A stretch of 64,000 nucleotides of DNA from Negaprion brevirostris (Eukaryota), in assembly GCA_030324005.1 (NCBI GenBank), contig JARDVH010000132.1, forward strand, positions 93,622,277-93,686,276, in the 5' to 3' direction. The first letter of the stretch is position 1. Each line of letters opens with the position of its first letter. The position numbers were made by a program, and so were the translations under genes. Positions 36,901 through 48,687 of the stretch are shown piece after piece. The notes under the pieces were generated by a model that saw only the letters and a list, made by a program, of their open reading frames with translations, was not told the DNA's origin and ran no database searches.

Positions 36901-39900
36901 AATAGAAAGCAGATGGGTTTGTGGGGAGTTTGTGTGGCCCAGGGCATGGCCCGAGGGTTGTGTAATGATGTTTCTTTATTAAATCTTTTTCTTTGATTGA
37001 TTTAGTTTGTAAAGTTAATCCTTTTATTACTTGCAACTGAAGTATTGTTATTACCAGGTGAACATGGCTCATGCCTTCACACTGGTGGGCAGTGCCAGAA
37101 AAAGCTGGCTGCTGGGAATTCCAAGATTGGAGCACACCAATCTGCAATACATAAAGAAGAATTCCCCTCACCATGTACAAGGGTAACCTCCCAATTATAT
37201 CCCCACAGAACCTGCCCCCTGGCACTGCTACCTGGGCATGTCCCTTTTAATCTGGAAGTTATACTTACCTGTCTATCCTCAGCAGGTTCTCTTTGACTGC
37301 TTCACATTTTTGAATAGCAGTTGTAAACCTCATTGACATCTCATCAATGAGAGGGAATTCTAAAGGTGGGGAAAACACTAATAATTAAAATGTATGAGGT
37401 TCCCACCCAGGGACCATTTGATCATTGCTGAGGGGCAGGGAAAATGGGTAAACAAGATCATTCCAGCGAGATTCCCATTTTCTGAGTCTCACACAATTTT
37501 GTGCTCACATCGTGGTTCATGCACACAAGCACAGTTCACAACCCACATGTCCAAAATGAGCTTCCTTTATATTACTGTCTCAAACAAATCTCTCTTAACA
37601 TGAGGTTTCTTGAGCACCCACTTTTTTTTCTGCTTAGGCATCCATGACACACGTCATGTTCTATCATTTTAAATACTCATACTGTCACTCTTCTTTATAT
37701 GATGCAGAAAGCTGTTAACCCTAAAAAAAAGCTTTTCAGCTGCAAAATCTAGCTCCAATCATCAAAAGCTGATTTGGGAAACTGAAGTAGCTGATTGCAT
37801 TGCAGTTTGTGTAAGCTGGATACTAGAACTAAATAAACCTGAGAGTTATGGCTCCATAGTAACACTCTCACTACTGAGTCAGAAGGGGATGGGCTCAGGT
37901 TCCCTCCAGAAATGTGAGCACTGAAATCTAGGCTGACACTCCAGTGCAGTAATGAGGGGCTGCTAGTTCTTTTTGGATCCTTGTGTTTCTTCTTGGACTT
38001 TGCTATATGTAATTTGGCTGCCCTATATCTCATATCACATCAGGGACTTCAGTTCAAATTAAAGTCTTTCTTGATTGTTTAATCATCAAGTCAATGTAAC
38101 TTTGGATTCTTCTGAATTTATCAATGAACCCAAAATTATTCAATTTCTCTTAAAAATGTTTTCTTGGTAAACTAATGCAAATTTGTGTCAGTTTTTTAAC
38201 TTTTAAAGCCAGCATGTATTTGAATTTTAGGTAGACATTGTGACCCTATATTCACTGATGAAGAATATTTGAAGCAAAGATTCAAAAGCTGAATGAAGAA
38301 CAAACCTGACTGAGGTGATTACTACAGAACCTATTTCTCAATTAATCTGAATAGCAAGTCTGCAGATACATTAACAAATGATAAAAGTAAGTGGAGAGAA
38401 TAGAATATGAAGGACAAGGTGTTGATTTTAAATCTATATTTTAAAATTAATACTTACAGCTGGTGTCAGTTTCAGCTCAGCTCTCTCTCTGTCCCCTTGT
38501 TCAAAGAATTCACTGGTTACCAATTCAGCTACCTACAATACATGAATGCAATTGCTCTAAAAACATATTTGTATTGATTTCAGGTTGAATAAACCCACAT
38601 AACAGTAGCAGTTCAAAAATGACAAGTCAGGTTCAAACACAGCATCACAGTCCATGCAATATTGACCCCCCTCCACCCCCGCCTTTCCTCCGATCAGTGG
38701 TAACCCCTATCTTGTCAATCTGGTCATTTGTGAATACTGGTCTACATCTCATACAATTGTTTTAGGAGCTAGACCTTTTCTCTGATGAGCTACAGGTTTC
38801 TCCATCTTTATGTTGAGCAGTTATCAAATAACTGGCTTCAGCAATGAAATAAGATGATGGGGGTGATTCTCCCAGCCTGCTGCGCTGTTCTAGCAATACA
38901 ACAAACTGGGAGACATCAGCAGAATCGTATCGCGGGCTTCCTGCTGGGCACCATAGCCTCCACATGTCCCGGTGGCCAAGATTTGTAGCGTCACCAGCTC
39001 CGCACCACAAATTGGTGAAGAGTTGATTCCAATATTTAAATCAGTATTTGCATCTGATTAGCTGGCCCAGGACCGAAGTCCCTGGCCCTGCTAACATATC
39101 CCCCCCCTGCCAGGAATGGTTCACTCCAGCATAGTTTACTATCACTCCCCACCAACAGGTGACCCAAACCCCACTGGAGGGAACAGCGGCCATGGAGGCC
39201 CCCCAAAGGATTGGGATAAGGGGGTCGCCCCTTGAGTAGCACAAGCCTGGCCTCCGGCACTGCCCAAGGAGCAAACTGGCAATGCCCAAGCAGGCCCCTT
39301 GGCACACTGGGGCAGTGCCAATGGGTGGGGCTATTGGGCAGGGCCTGTTGGGGGTGTGACAAGTGGGGCGTCCTGCTGCCAGTCTGCCAGAGGATGGCAG
39401 GTGGGGGGGGGGGGGAGGAAAGTGATTGGGCTGGCCATCAGGCCAAGATGGAGGGGGGAGGGGTCAGGACTGCAGGTGCGGCGGGGGGAGAACGGCTGGA
39501 AGAGTTTGGGAGGGGCCAGCGATCGTGTGGGGGGTCGGAAGGGCAGCGAAGGGATGTTGCGGGACTGGCCAGCAATGGGGCTGGCCACAATTGGGAGGCC
39601 GGCAATGTGGGGCCACTGCACGTGCACCGATCTCAGTGCTGATAGATTGGGACATGTGCAGTGACCTGCTCAGTGCCATGCTGACAGCCTCTCCAGCAGG
39701 AATAAGCCCCACCCACTGATTTTCAGAGGGAATCTCTCTAGGGCACTCTGCAGTGCTCAGAGTGTGGGAAATTCATTCAGAAAATTATGCTAAAAAATCC
39801 AGCAGGAGTTACCCTAGTTTTCACGCGATTTAGGGGTTTAAATTTTTTTGGGTGAATCCCGACCTACATTTTTAAAAAGTACAGAAAAGAGCACAATAAT

Positions 39901-42900
39901 TGCCAACAGTCACTTCAGAAGACAGCAGGAAGTATATTAACTCTATGAGCACCTTCTTGAGAAAGTGGACTTTCTTCAATTGTCCTGTTGCAATTATATA
40001 GAGATTTGGTGCCACTGCACCCTGAGTACTATGTATAATTTTGCTATACATTGCTGCCAAAGGAAACATACAATTGTCAGAGAGAGATGGCAACAAAGGT
40101 TCATCAGACTGATTCCTGGAATGATTGGATTGTCCTATGAGGAAGGATTGTGGAGACTGGGNNNNNNNNNNNGATTGTCCCGCCTGTCATGGGACTTGTA
40201 GCGAGTCGGACACGGACCATGCAAAGGTCCATTGACCTTGGACGGGATTTTCCGGTTTTGGGGTGAGCACGGCCAGAAAATCCCTCTCTGGATCTGTATT
40301 TTCCAGAGTTCAGAAGCATGATAGGTGACCTCATTGAAATGTACAAAATTCTTACAGGGCTTGACAAGGTGAATGCAGGAAGTATGTTTCCCTTGGCTCT
40401 AGAATGAGTGAGCACAGTGTCAGAGTAAGGGGAAGGGCAATTTAGGACCAAAATGAGGAGGAATTTCTTCATTCAGGATGGTGAATCTTCAGAATATGCT
40501 ATCTAAGATTTGCGGAGACTCAATCATTAGCATGTTCAAGACAGAAATCAATAGATTTCTAGATATTAAAGACATCAAGCAAAATGGATACAGCGTAGGA
40601 AAATGGCATTGAGGTAGAAGATCAACCATAATTTAGTTGAATAGCAGAGCAGGCANNNNNNNNNNATCTACTCTGCTCCTAATTTCTATGTTCCTATGTT
40701 CCATGGTTATGCATGTAAATCTTTACTTATTCATCAGATATTCCACAAAATGTTGTGAATTATGAGCTCTCTGTTGCAAAATGTCATTATGTCACTTGTA
40801 TGCATCTTCCTCATGATGAAATTGAAGCATGATTCCTCATGTTTTTCAGTAACACTGATAATTTTCCTTTAATAAAGAACAACATTAGAAAATCCATATA
40901 CTTTATGGCATAGAAATCGCTCATCATGTAAATAGGACTGGGCAATGTTGCATATGTAAATAGGTTCCACTATAGTTAGACAGATTGCTTCATAATTCAC
41001 AAAAAGAATAAATCATTTTTCTGCCATCCCAAATGAGATTAGGTGCAATAACTCAAAGAGCAATTACTTTCCCTTATCTAATTTACTGGGTGCAGTAATT
41101 AACTTAGGACATTTTCTGTACTTGATGTCCATATCATGATATTGAGTGGGTGCTTATTGCTCATGCCAAGGGCACTATATGAATCTTGAAATATCACGAG
41201 CCTAATAGGGATGGTTCTTGGAAGAAATCGGGACGTATATCCAACCTTTGCCAGTCTACGGAAGAGAAAATGCTCCATTGTGGTTAATGTACTATTATGG
41301 TAATAAGAGTACATGTTAATGTTTGAGTAAAAATCTTTCAGTTTCATTGTAGTCCAATTTAGTTTTTAAAATTTTAATTTGCATTTCTTGCCTTTATGTT
41401 TAACTGGAAATTAAAAGGATGGGATTTTCCAGCCTCTCCCACTGGCAAGATCTTCCAATCCCACCAAAATCAACGGGGATTTAAATAGATTACTGCATCT
41501 GCCATGGGAAAATACACCACGGCAGGGATGGAAAATCTCAAAGATGGTCTTAATTGATAAGCATTCAAGTTTATCTATGTCAGGATCTTTCCTTTGTCCC
41601 TCGGATACTTTAGATGATAACACAATGAGCATGCACATTCCAAAAGCAAATATACTTTGTGAATCCTGGAGATTTGCTTTACTGAAGATAACATCTGCTC
41701 TCTGAACATTTTTTTTCCCTTGGTTTTGGAAACATCAGACAGCAGGGAGTGCATGATCAAATCACAGGAAGAAAGGGAAAATTTTGGCAATGCTCCCTTT
41801 TAAAATGACAAACAAAAAGGTAGATTTCCATTGCAACACAAATAACTATGTTGCAGTTAAACAGAATTTTATATGAGAACATTTGTATCTAGGGCATAGA
41901 AGAACTTTGTTGTAGAATATTAGCTTTTGCAATCGAACTAAAAAACTTGTGGCACAATAGTTGATTCTAGAGTCATTGCAAAAAGTATAGAATCTGATCT
42001 AAACTTAACCTGTGTTTATGTCTGACTCAATGCAACATTTTTCAGCCAGAATTTGTGCAAGTCACTTTTCTTGGGCACTGCTGTCCCAAATATTAATGAC
42101 AAAAAGTATCTGATATTCTGAATCTACTTTAAAGCAATGGGAAAACTGCAGAATTTAAAATGAAACTGGGAATAAATGTGCAACTTTACATCTATTAATA
42201 CTGTAGTTTTAGTGCATTTCTTACACCAGATCATGATGGGCAAGGGCTTCTGGTACTCACCTGTTTAGATGTCTCCCAAGGCTTTGTTACTGCTCCTAAA
42301 TCACAGGCTGTCATCAGCATAGATCTGATGTTTCAAAATAAAATGCAGTAGTTACTTCATCGCTATTCATGACAAGTGAAATTGAATGTGCCTGTAAGAA
42401 ATGCTGGAACAATTTGATCTTGATCATCACAACACTTTAAAATGCTTTATTACAATTTATCTTTTTTCTTTGAATTTTTGTGCCTTCTGTTGATTTCTCA
42501 ATTATATTTTCCTTTCAAGAAAACAACTATTATTGGATCCTAATTATAGACTTTACTGCAGTTTGGATACACACTGGAGTGGGGCAAAAGAAATGATTTT
42601 GCAACAGGTTGCCTGAGTCTTCTCCACATTACATGTGGCAAGACATTTACTGCATGCAAATAATGCTTAATATCATTTTGCTGGAAACATAGGCCAAAAT
42701 ATCACCCAGGATCTCATTTCTTAAAAAAATAAAGTTGCAGTGTCCCATAGAGAACAGGCACAGAATAAACAGGTGGGAAGCTGTCACTAGTAAAATAATT
42801 AAGTGGTCTCAATGTTATCAAAATTCAAATAATTTAGAAATGTTAGCAGAAGTGAATTATAGTAGAGCTATTGATGGATTTTTTTTCTTTCTAAGGAATT

Positions 42901-45900
42901 CAGCGTTGCAACATGAACTCCTGGAACTGATAGAGTCAGTGATGTTGGTAGCAAATGCAGAAAATAACATTCCCTGTGGCTCAACAGTCAGCTACACAGC
43001 AATTCACCAAATTTATTTATTCCACCAAAGGTAGAACATAAGAACATAGAACACTACAGCACAAACAGGCCCTTCGGCCCACAAGTTGCGCCGATCATAT
43101 CCATACCTACCAGGCCNNNNNNNNNNNNNNNNNNNNNNNNNNNNNNNNNNNNNNNNNNNNNNNNNNNNNNNNNNNNNNNNNNNNNNNNNNNNNNNNNNNN
43201 NNNNNNNNNNNNNNNNACTCCTAAACTCAATCCCTCGATTAATGAAGGCCAGTACACCATACGCCTTCTTGACCACATCCTCCACTTGCGAGGGCGATTT
43301 AAGATTCCTATGGACCCGGACCGCAAGGTCCTTCTGCTCCTCAACACTGCTAAGACTCCTACCCTTGATATTGTACTCCTTCATCCCATTGGACCTGCCA
43401 AAATGGACCACTACGCATTCATCCGCGTTGAGGTCCATCTGCCACTTCTCCGACCAGTCTTGCATCCCATCTATGTCACACTGCAACTTCTGACATCCCT
43501 CCAGACTATCCACAACACCACCAACCATCGTGTCATCGGCGAACTTACTAATCCATCCCTCCAATTCCTCAACCAGGTCATTTGTGAAAATGACAAACAG
43601 CAAGGGTCCTAGAACAGATCCCTGGGGCATTCCACTGGTGACTGACCTCCAGACAGAAAAAGACCCATTCACAATACTCTCTGCCTTCTGCAGGCAAGCC
43701 AGTTCTGGATCCACAAGGCCAAAGCCCCTTGGATACCATGCCCTCTTACCTGCTCAAGAAGTCTTGCATGGGGGACCTTTTCAAACGCCTTGCTGAAGTC
43801 CGTGTAAACCATATCCACCACTCTGCCTTCGTCAATGTGTTCAGTCACATTTTCGAAGAACTCAACTAGGCTTGTAAGGCACGACCTGCCCTTGACAAAG
43901 CTGTTCTGACTAATTCTGATCATACTAAACTTCTCTAAATGCTCGTAAATCCTGTCTCTCAGAATCCTCTCCATCGACTTACCAACGGCTGAGGTTAGAC
44001 TCATCGGTCGGTAATTTCCTGGGCTATGCCTGTTCCCTTTCTTGAAAATAAGAACCACATCAGCAATCCTCCAATCCTCCGGAACCTCTCCCGTCTCCAT
44101 CGACGACGCAACGATCATCGCCTGGGGCTCTGCAATCATTTCCGTCACCTCCCACAGTAACCTGGGGTACATCCCATCCGGTTCCGGCGACTTATCTATC
44201 TTGATAGAATTTAAAAGTTCCAACCATCCTCTTTCTTAACGTCCACAGGTACTTAATAAGTTAATCATCTGCTTTATCAGGATGGAGATGTCTGTGACAC
44301 ACAATAACCAATTGAAATGGTCACGGAACTGCATGAGAAACAGGATCTGATTGAGCCCTGTGTTGCAATTAGTTTTTATTCTATTTGCCCAAACTTGGTC
44401 CAAGGTTAGGTATCTATACATCAAAATGAAAAGGGAAGTTTCTGAACTGTTTCATCCTATCCACAAGTTACAATTTAATTAAATTCCTACTGAAACTGGG
44501 ATATAGGATACTTTAACTTCGTGGATGCCCCTGCCAGCATCTTTTGATATTGCCCCAAGCAGATATAAGAATAAGAGCCAGATTTGATCGCTGGTTTACT
44601 GGTCAAAAATCCTATCCAGTGATGAACATTGCAGCACACAAACAACGCAAAATCATGTTTCAAATGGAGTTAAAATAATACTGTTGCATCTGCCAGGTGA
44701 GGACAACCCTGGACTCTACTGTGGTCTTTCCTCGCACTCTCCATTAGCCTTCTAATCAAATAATCACTCAACACTTATTATTCAGAATCATGTGTATTTT
44801 TTAGCTACAGTGTAGGCATCAGAGATCCAGCACAGCTCCTCGAACTGTCCCTAACATCAGCCTCTGCTTTCGTAAAGTATAGACTGAGTTAAAAAAATTA
44901 GAGAGAAATGTATAAAAAATAGGAACTTTAAAGGTATGTCAAAGTTCTTTAAAACTCTAACCTAAGTAAAGCAATTAAAGTCAAAATTAAACACCTTGCA
45001 TTTATATAGTGCGTTTCATTATTGGGTGGCACAGTGGTTAGCACTGCTGCCTCACAGCGCNNNNNNNNNNNNNNNNNNNNNNNNNNNNNNNNNNNNNNNN
45101 NNNNNNNNNNNNNNNNNNNNNNNNNNNNNNNNNNNNNNNNNNNNNNNNNNNNNNNNNNNNCAGTGGTTAGCACTGCTGCCTCACAGCGCCAGGGACCCGG
45201 GTTCAATTCCAGCCTCAGGTCATAGTCTGTGTGAAGTTTGCACATTCTCTCTATGTCTGCATGTGTTTCCTTCAGGTGATCTAGTCTCTTCTCACAGTTT
45301 AAAGATGTGCAAGGCTAGGTTGACTAGCAGTGCTAAATTGACCCTAGTATCAGGGGATTAGCACCATTACGGGAATAGGGCCTGGGTGAGATTGTGGTCG
45401 GCACAGACTCGCTGGGCCCTGCACTGTAGGGATTCTGATTCATATAGCAAAACAAATTTGTTCCTCTTTAACATGTTGCTTCATTGAAAATTAGATTAAA
45501 TAAAAGTATTACAATCACAATGAACAAAAGACAAAACATTTTCAGAATCTTGTTTTACCTCAACATTTCCCTGTGCTTTTCAAAATGCCAGTTAAGTTCC
45601 CCAGATATTACAAACTCAAAGAACTTTGTGCGCTGCCTGCATTTAAATGAGAAAAAGTAAATATTTTACTGTGTCTGTATTAAGCAACAATGTAGCATTA
45701 CAATTCTGTACACGGTTGATATACTACACTCAGGGAAATTAGCACATTCCAACAAACCAACAAGTGAGTATGCATATAACTGCTAGCATCTAATTAGCTT
45801 CAGTCAGCAATAAATGTTGATATATGAGCAATCTGCTAATTATTTGATTAAATGAAACAGGTTTTAAAATGCTTACTTTAACGTACTAAAAATACAAATG

Positions 45901-46827
45901 GCCAGTAATACAGACCAAATTGAACCAGCCTACAGTGTTACAATTAGTACATCTGATAAAGTTCATTCATAGTGCAGCAATAAACTTGGCCAAATAACTT
46001 GCTAATCTCCTCAATACTTCTGATCCAATAAATGCTTAGTTTTCAAATAACTGTTCAATGTAGCTTGAGGAATGAACTCTTCAGAGCAAACCACCTTGGC
46101 ACACTTAAATTTTTCCTGGGAGTTTGTGCATGGTTACAGGTACTGGGTACAGCTTTGGGTGAGTTCAGCAGTCCTCATGAGCTCTGGAAGGCCCATTTTG
46201 TTCATGTGCAATTTTGTACTTCACGAATCACACAAGAAGAAAGAATTTGTGCCGATAAAGTGCCTCATCACATCCCAAACTACTTCATGACCAGTGGATT
46301 ATTTTGAAGATTAATCACTATTGTTGTGTAGAGGAACATGGTAGCTAATCTGCTTATGGTACAGAGGGAGGAATAATGTATTGAGCATTCCATGAGTGAC
46401 ACTAGGAGAATTTTCAGCTCTTTCTTTGAATAGTGGCAGGAAATCTTTTACACGTGCATGAGCAGGGCCTCAATTCAAGACCCCATCCAATGGATTGCAC
46501 TTTGAATGGTGCAGCACATGTTCTATTGAAGTGCTCATCTAGCTAACAGGTTCAGATCCTGAAATAGGTCTTGAATCTTCTGACTGAGGCAAGTATGCTA
46601 CCAACTTTGTAACTGGCTACCAAATTGACAAAGTAGTACATTTATTAAACAGCATTCATTTATAGTATTAACAATAAGAAAATTAGATGTAATGTGTTGT
46701 ATTTAGTCTGTAATAGAAACACTTACTCAAAATGAAGCATGAGGTCAGTGGACAGGATGGCTTGTTTTAGTAGCTGCATCAAATCACTGTAGTCTTTGGA
46801 TGAAAGGTTGGCAAAAATGTTGTGTCC
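12814..46827 (-). CDS. PDE11A: PDE11A-type dual cAMP/cGMP phosphodiesterase, C-terminal half of catalytic domain (last 6 coding exons; gene continues beyond window end)
   Basis: Six GT-AG exons join in frame to [160 protein letters not shown]...*. Class I PDE motifs TD, ACDL..TKPW and EFF.QGD are present, plus the PDE11-typical LQLEWID. Orthologue versus paralogue is unresolved. Confidence 0.92.
14800..15158 (-). mobile_element. CR1/L2-group LINE RT fragment
   Basis: [22 protein letters not shown]...MFVNDC (RT motifs [10 protein letters not shown] and FADD). Confidence 0.75.
15160..16057. mobile_element. Penelope-like element with inverted terminal arms; interior lost in an N gap
   Basis: Left arm taagaagtttcatgacaccaggttaaagtc and right arm ggactaaaacctggtgttgtcagactttttactg plus tail match the arms of the copy at 23252-24268. 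Confidence 0.7.
16660..16845 (-). mobile_element. RTE LINE 3' remnant
   Basis: [27 protein letters not shown] resembles the RTE 'FKD.LK..LK.C.I....WE..A.DR..WR' motif. Confidence 0.55.
18316..18441 (-). pseudogene. Myb/SANT-like DNA-binding ORF remnant of a Harbinger/PIF-type transposon
   Basis: [40 protein letters not shown] followed by a gtgagt donor; fits W.E.A..VS....RT..QC.KKFNDL; two stops. Confidence 0.55.
20970..21350 (+). mobile_element. CR1/L2-group LINE 3' fragment
   Basis: [21 protein letters not shown]...[10 protein letters not shown]; same family as 6847-8350. Confidence 0.7.
22345..22925 (-). mobile_element. Rex1/Babar LINE RT fragment
   Basis: [21 protein letters not shown]; [33 protein letters not shown]; [12 protein letters not shown]. 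Confidence 0.85.
22930..23250 (+). mobile_element. CR1 RT fragment
   Basis: gcaaaagttgcggatgatactaaa (KFADDTK-like) and tggcagatggagttt (WQMEF). Confidence 0.6.
23252..24268 (-). mobile_element. Penelope-like retroelement, 5'-truncated, with GIY-YIG endonuclease and inverted pseudo-LTR arms
   Basis: [20 protein letters not shown]...PCHSKTC...[27 protein letters not shown]; about 75-bp inverted arms at 23252-23330 and 24160-24235, plus a ~33-nt tail. Confidence 0.88.
23316..23350 (-). ncRNA. Degenerate minimal type I hammerhead ribozyme motif in the Penelope pseudo-LTR
   Basis: CAC-CTGTCGA-A-GGAG cagca CTCC-GAAA-GT-TA-GTG; the CUGANGA core is mutated at A6. Confidence 0.6.
27025..28700 (-). 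mobile_element. Tx1-clade (L1 group) non-LTR retrotransposon, 5'-truncated, frameshifted
   Basis: YLGFHL...[17 protein letters not shown]; [32 protein letters not shown]; C-terminal [13 protein letters not shown] zinc knuckle; T-rich 3' UTR. Confidence 0.88.
29046..29156 (-). CDS. PDHB: PDHB exon 7 (111 nt)
   Basis: ctgcag|TT...G|gtaaga; [37 protein letters not shown]. Confidence 0.93.
29046..30804 (-). CDS. PDHB: Pyruvate dehydrogenase E1 beta subunit, partial gene (exons 4-7 only), nested in the last PDE11 intron
   Basis: Four GT-AG exons of 63, 36, 286 and 111 nt (as I recall, the sizes of vertebrate PDHB exons 4-7) splice without stops: [54 protein letters not shown]...HSQCFAAWY...[21 protein letters not shown]...[11 protein letters not shown]. 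Confidence 0.93.
29282..29301. repeat. (GT)10 microsatellite followed by a GGT-rich tract in PDHB intron 6
   Basis: Read directly from the sequence. Confidence 0.9.
29775..29930 (-). mobile_element. CR1 3' tail fragment in PDHB intron 6
   Basis: gcaggagcaggccattcagcccttcaagc...ccatattccttgatccc, typical of the elasmobranch CR1 3' UTR. Confidence 0.6.
29979..30264 (-). CDS. PDHB: PDHB exon 6 (286 nt)
   Basis: tttcag|GCT...G|gtaagt; core of ORF 29938..30315 ([19 protein letters not shown] motifs). Confidence 0.95.
30623..30658 (-). CDS. PDHB: PDHB exon 5 (36 nt)
   Basis: tttcag|ATG...ATG|gtatgt; [12 protein letters not shown]; 83-nt intron to exon 4. Confidence 0.93.
30742..30804 (-). CDS. 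PDHB: PDHB exon 4 (63 nt)
   Basis: ttcatag|GTG...GAG|gtatgt; [21 protein letters not shown]. Confidence 0.93.
33001..33084 (-). CDS. PDE11A: PDE11A-type penultimate exon (84 nt, [28 protein letters not shown])
   Basis: Acceptor ctacag|GCT; donor GAG|gtactt; contains the invariant Gln (LQLEW). Confidence 0.95.
34470..34840 (-). mobile_element. Deu/SacSINE-like SINE
   Basis: Reverse complement of the tRNA-like head and Deu-like core (cctcagtattgcact; gagagcagtaccaactgagcca), with the cttgcatttatat tail. Confidence 0.55.
37840..37970 (+). mobile_element. Deu/SacSINE-like SINE 5' part
   Basis: tggctcc..agtaacactctc..ctgagtcagaagg...ctaggctgacactccagtgcagtaatgaggg. Confidence 0.6.
38458..38532 (-). 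CDS. PDE11A: PDE11A-type exon (75 nt, [25 protein letters not shown])
   Basis: Acceptor ttgtag|GTA; donor GCT|gtaagt; EFF.QGD motif. Confidence 0.95.
38859..39864. mobile_element. About 1-kb GC-rich non-autonomous DNA element with ~15-bp imperfect TIRs
   Basis: gggggtgattctccc ... gggtgaatcccgacc termini; no coding similarity recognised. Confidence 0.55.
40075..40700 (+). mobile_element. CR1 3' end interrupted by a MITE-like copy (40172-40287)
   Basis: [20 protein letters not shown]; 3' tail ttctatgttcctatgttcc. Confidence 0.75.
42261..42324 (-). CDS. PDE11A: PDE11A-type exon (64 nt, [21 protein letters not shown])
   Basis: Acceptor catcag|A; donor CAG|gtgagt; carries the metal-binding ACD motif. 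Confidence 0.95.
43030..44240 (-). mobile_element. CR1 LINE (HER1-like), 5'-truncated, relatively intact RT with one frameshift
   Basis: [30 protein letters not shown]; [11 protein letters not shown]; [13 protein letters not shown]; KFADDT; tctatgttct-type 3' tail. Confidence 0.92.
45024..45437 (+). mobile_element. HE1-like tRNA-derived elasmobranch SINE
   Basis: ggcacagtggttagcactgctgcctcacagcgccagggacccgggttcaattcc (Pol III A and B boxes), V-like core, CR1-like tail gcactgtagggattct; 5' part duplicated across an N gap. Confidence 0.85.
45559..45636 (-). CDS. PDE11A: PDE11A-type exon (78 nt, QRTKFFEF...HREML-R)
   Basis: Acceptor atgcag|G; donor AG|gtaaaa; phase 2 to 2, in frame with neighbours. 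Confidence 0.9.
46250..46610 (-). mobile_element. Deu/SacSINE-like SINE, degenerate
   Basis: Similar to 34470-34840. Confidence 0.45.
46727..46827 (-). CDS. PDE11A: PDE11A-type exon (101 nt, [10 protein letters not shown]...LHF-E)
   Basis: Acceptor tttag|GGA; donor GA|gtaagt; phase 0 to 2. Confidence 0.95.
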
Positions 46828-47730
46828 CTAAAGTTAAGGGAAAGGTGCAGTATCTTAATGCAAATGTATGAAAGGTTAAACAGCTATTTCCTGGAGATTT
46901 TGAAAATCATGTTTAAATTAAAGCCAGTGAAAAAATGTTACATTTTTAAAAGTGAAATTCAGTGTTTGAAGAACTCAGCAAAAAGGTTGCATACTTATTT
47001 AGCTAATTTCCTTTATTTATTAAAATGATTTGATAAGTGTAAAGCTATTTTGTTATAGTTCTCTGATACAATCTTTATGCTGTTCAAATTAGGGATTGGG
47101 GAAGAATATTGCTGACATTTCAATACAGATATTGGGCGCCAGACTCCCGTTTTTGATCCAAGTGCTTCCATAAGACGGAACACCAAAGTGTTTCCCGCTG
47201 GTATTAGCTACGACTCCCAGATGGGAGTCAATTATCATTAGGGGAAAAAAATCCTCTATGGGAAACATCTCCTGCTTTACAGAGATCGGAGTACTTTTTT
47301 AATGGGACATGGCGATCTCTGCTGTCAAGGGGAGCACACCCAACCCTTCAGCACAGAGGGACATCCCCCAACACTACTAAAAGAATAGGTGACCCTCTCA
47401 CACCTTACAGGCATGAGCGTGGCCAGNNNNNNNNNNNNNNNNNNAGGGCCCTCACTTCCTAGGCCCCCACTCCGATATCTGGTCTGCTCAGGTGCCATAC
47501 CCCTCAGGCCCCCCTTAGCAGTGCCAACCATGCACTGTCCCCAGCACCCTGACAATGGCACACTGACATTGCAGTGACTGCCAGGGTGTCACTGCCTTGG
47601 TGCTGGGGGGGGAGTAGTTCCAGCCTCTTCCAAAGCTGAAAGCTACCACTAATGCAGGCTCATTATTGGGAAAAATAAGTTACAAAGGCCTTCAGATCAA
47701 AGAACAAGCCTGTTTAAAAATACTGCAGTT

Positions 47731-48687
47731 CATAACAAGCATAACAACTAGGAGCACTAGTAGTCAATTCAGCCCCTCAAGCTTGCTCCGCCATTTAATA
47801 TATCATGGCTGATCTCATCTCAGCCTCATCTCCACTTTCCTGCCCATTCACTATAGCCCTTCAAATCCTTACTAATTAAAAATCTGTCCTTCTCTTCCTT
47901 AAATTCACTCAAAGTTGCGGCATCCACTACACTCTGGGGTAGTGAATTCCACAGACTCACAGCCCTTTGAGTGAAGTAATTCCTCCTCATCTTTTATCAT
48001 GTTTTAAATCTACTATGCCTTATCCTAAAACTATAACCTCATATTCTGGATTGCCCAGCAAGAGGAAACATCCACTCCACATCCATAATGTCAATTTCCC
48101 CTAATCACCTTGTACCTCTCAAGTACACCACCTCATTATTTCTAAACTCCAGGAAGTATAGACCTAAGCTGCCTAATCTTGCTTCCTAAGTCAAACCCCT
48201 CACCTCTGGAATCAATCTAGTGAACCACCTCCAATGAAACTACATTCCTCCTCAAGTAAGGGGACCAAAACTGTACACAATGTTCTCAGTGCAGTCTCAC
48301 TAATTCTTCATCAAGGACCAGGAACATTTTGCGATTTTTATATTCTAATCCTTTAATGCTAAATGCCAAGATTCCATTTGCCTTCTTTATTACCTGCGGT
48401 ATCTGTATTTTAGTTGACTGCGATTCATGCACAAGGACACCCAGATCCCTCTGCATTGAAGCACTACAAAGTTTCTCTCCATTTGGATAATATTTTTCTT
48501 TCGTATTTTACCTACCAAAATGGAAAACCTAACACTTAACAACATTGAACTTCACTGACCAAATTTTGCTCCATTCACTTAATCTATCCATATCTATTTC
48601 TAAATATCGTATTTCATTATTGTAATTTACTATCCCACCAGTATTGTGTCATCTGCAAATTAAGCTATGGTTTCTACTATTCCTGCA
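47731..48687 (-). mobile_element. CR1 LINE 3' fragment
   Basis: Tail aattcagcccctcaagcttgctccgccattt; gtgtcatctgcaaatt is the reverse complement of a FADDT-coding stretch. Confidence 0.8.

Noticed and set aside
38762-39719. Cluster of overlapping Gly/Pro-rich ORFs
   Set aside because: Explained by the high GC content of a non-autonomous TIR element.
45024-45215. tRNA-like sequence with A and B boxes
   Set aside because: It is the head of an HE1-like SINE, not a tRNA gene; the apparent duplication is a gap artefact.
45633-45640. Tandem acceptor gcag-gcag at a PDE11 exon
   Set aside because: The second AG is 4 nt downstream and would frameshift; no evidence of use.
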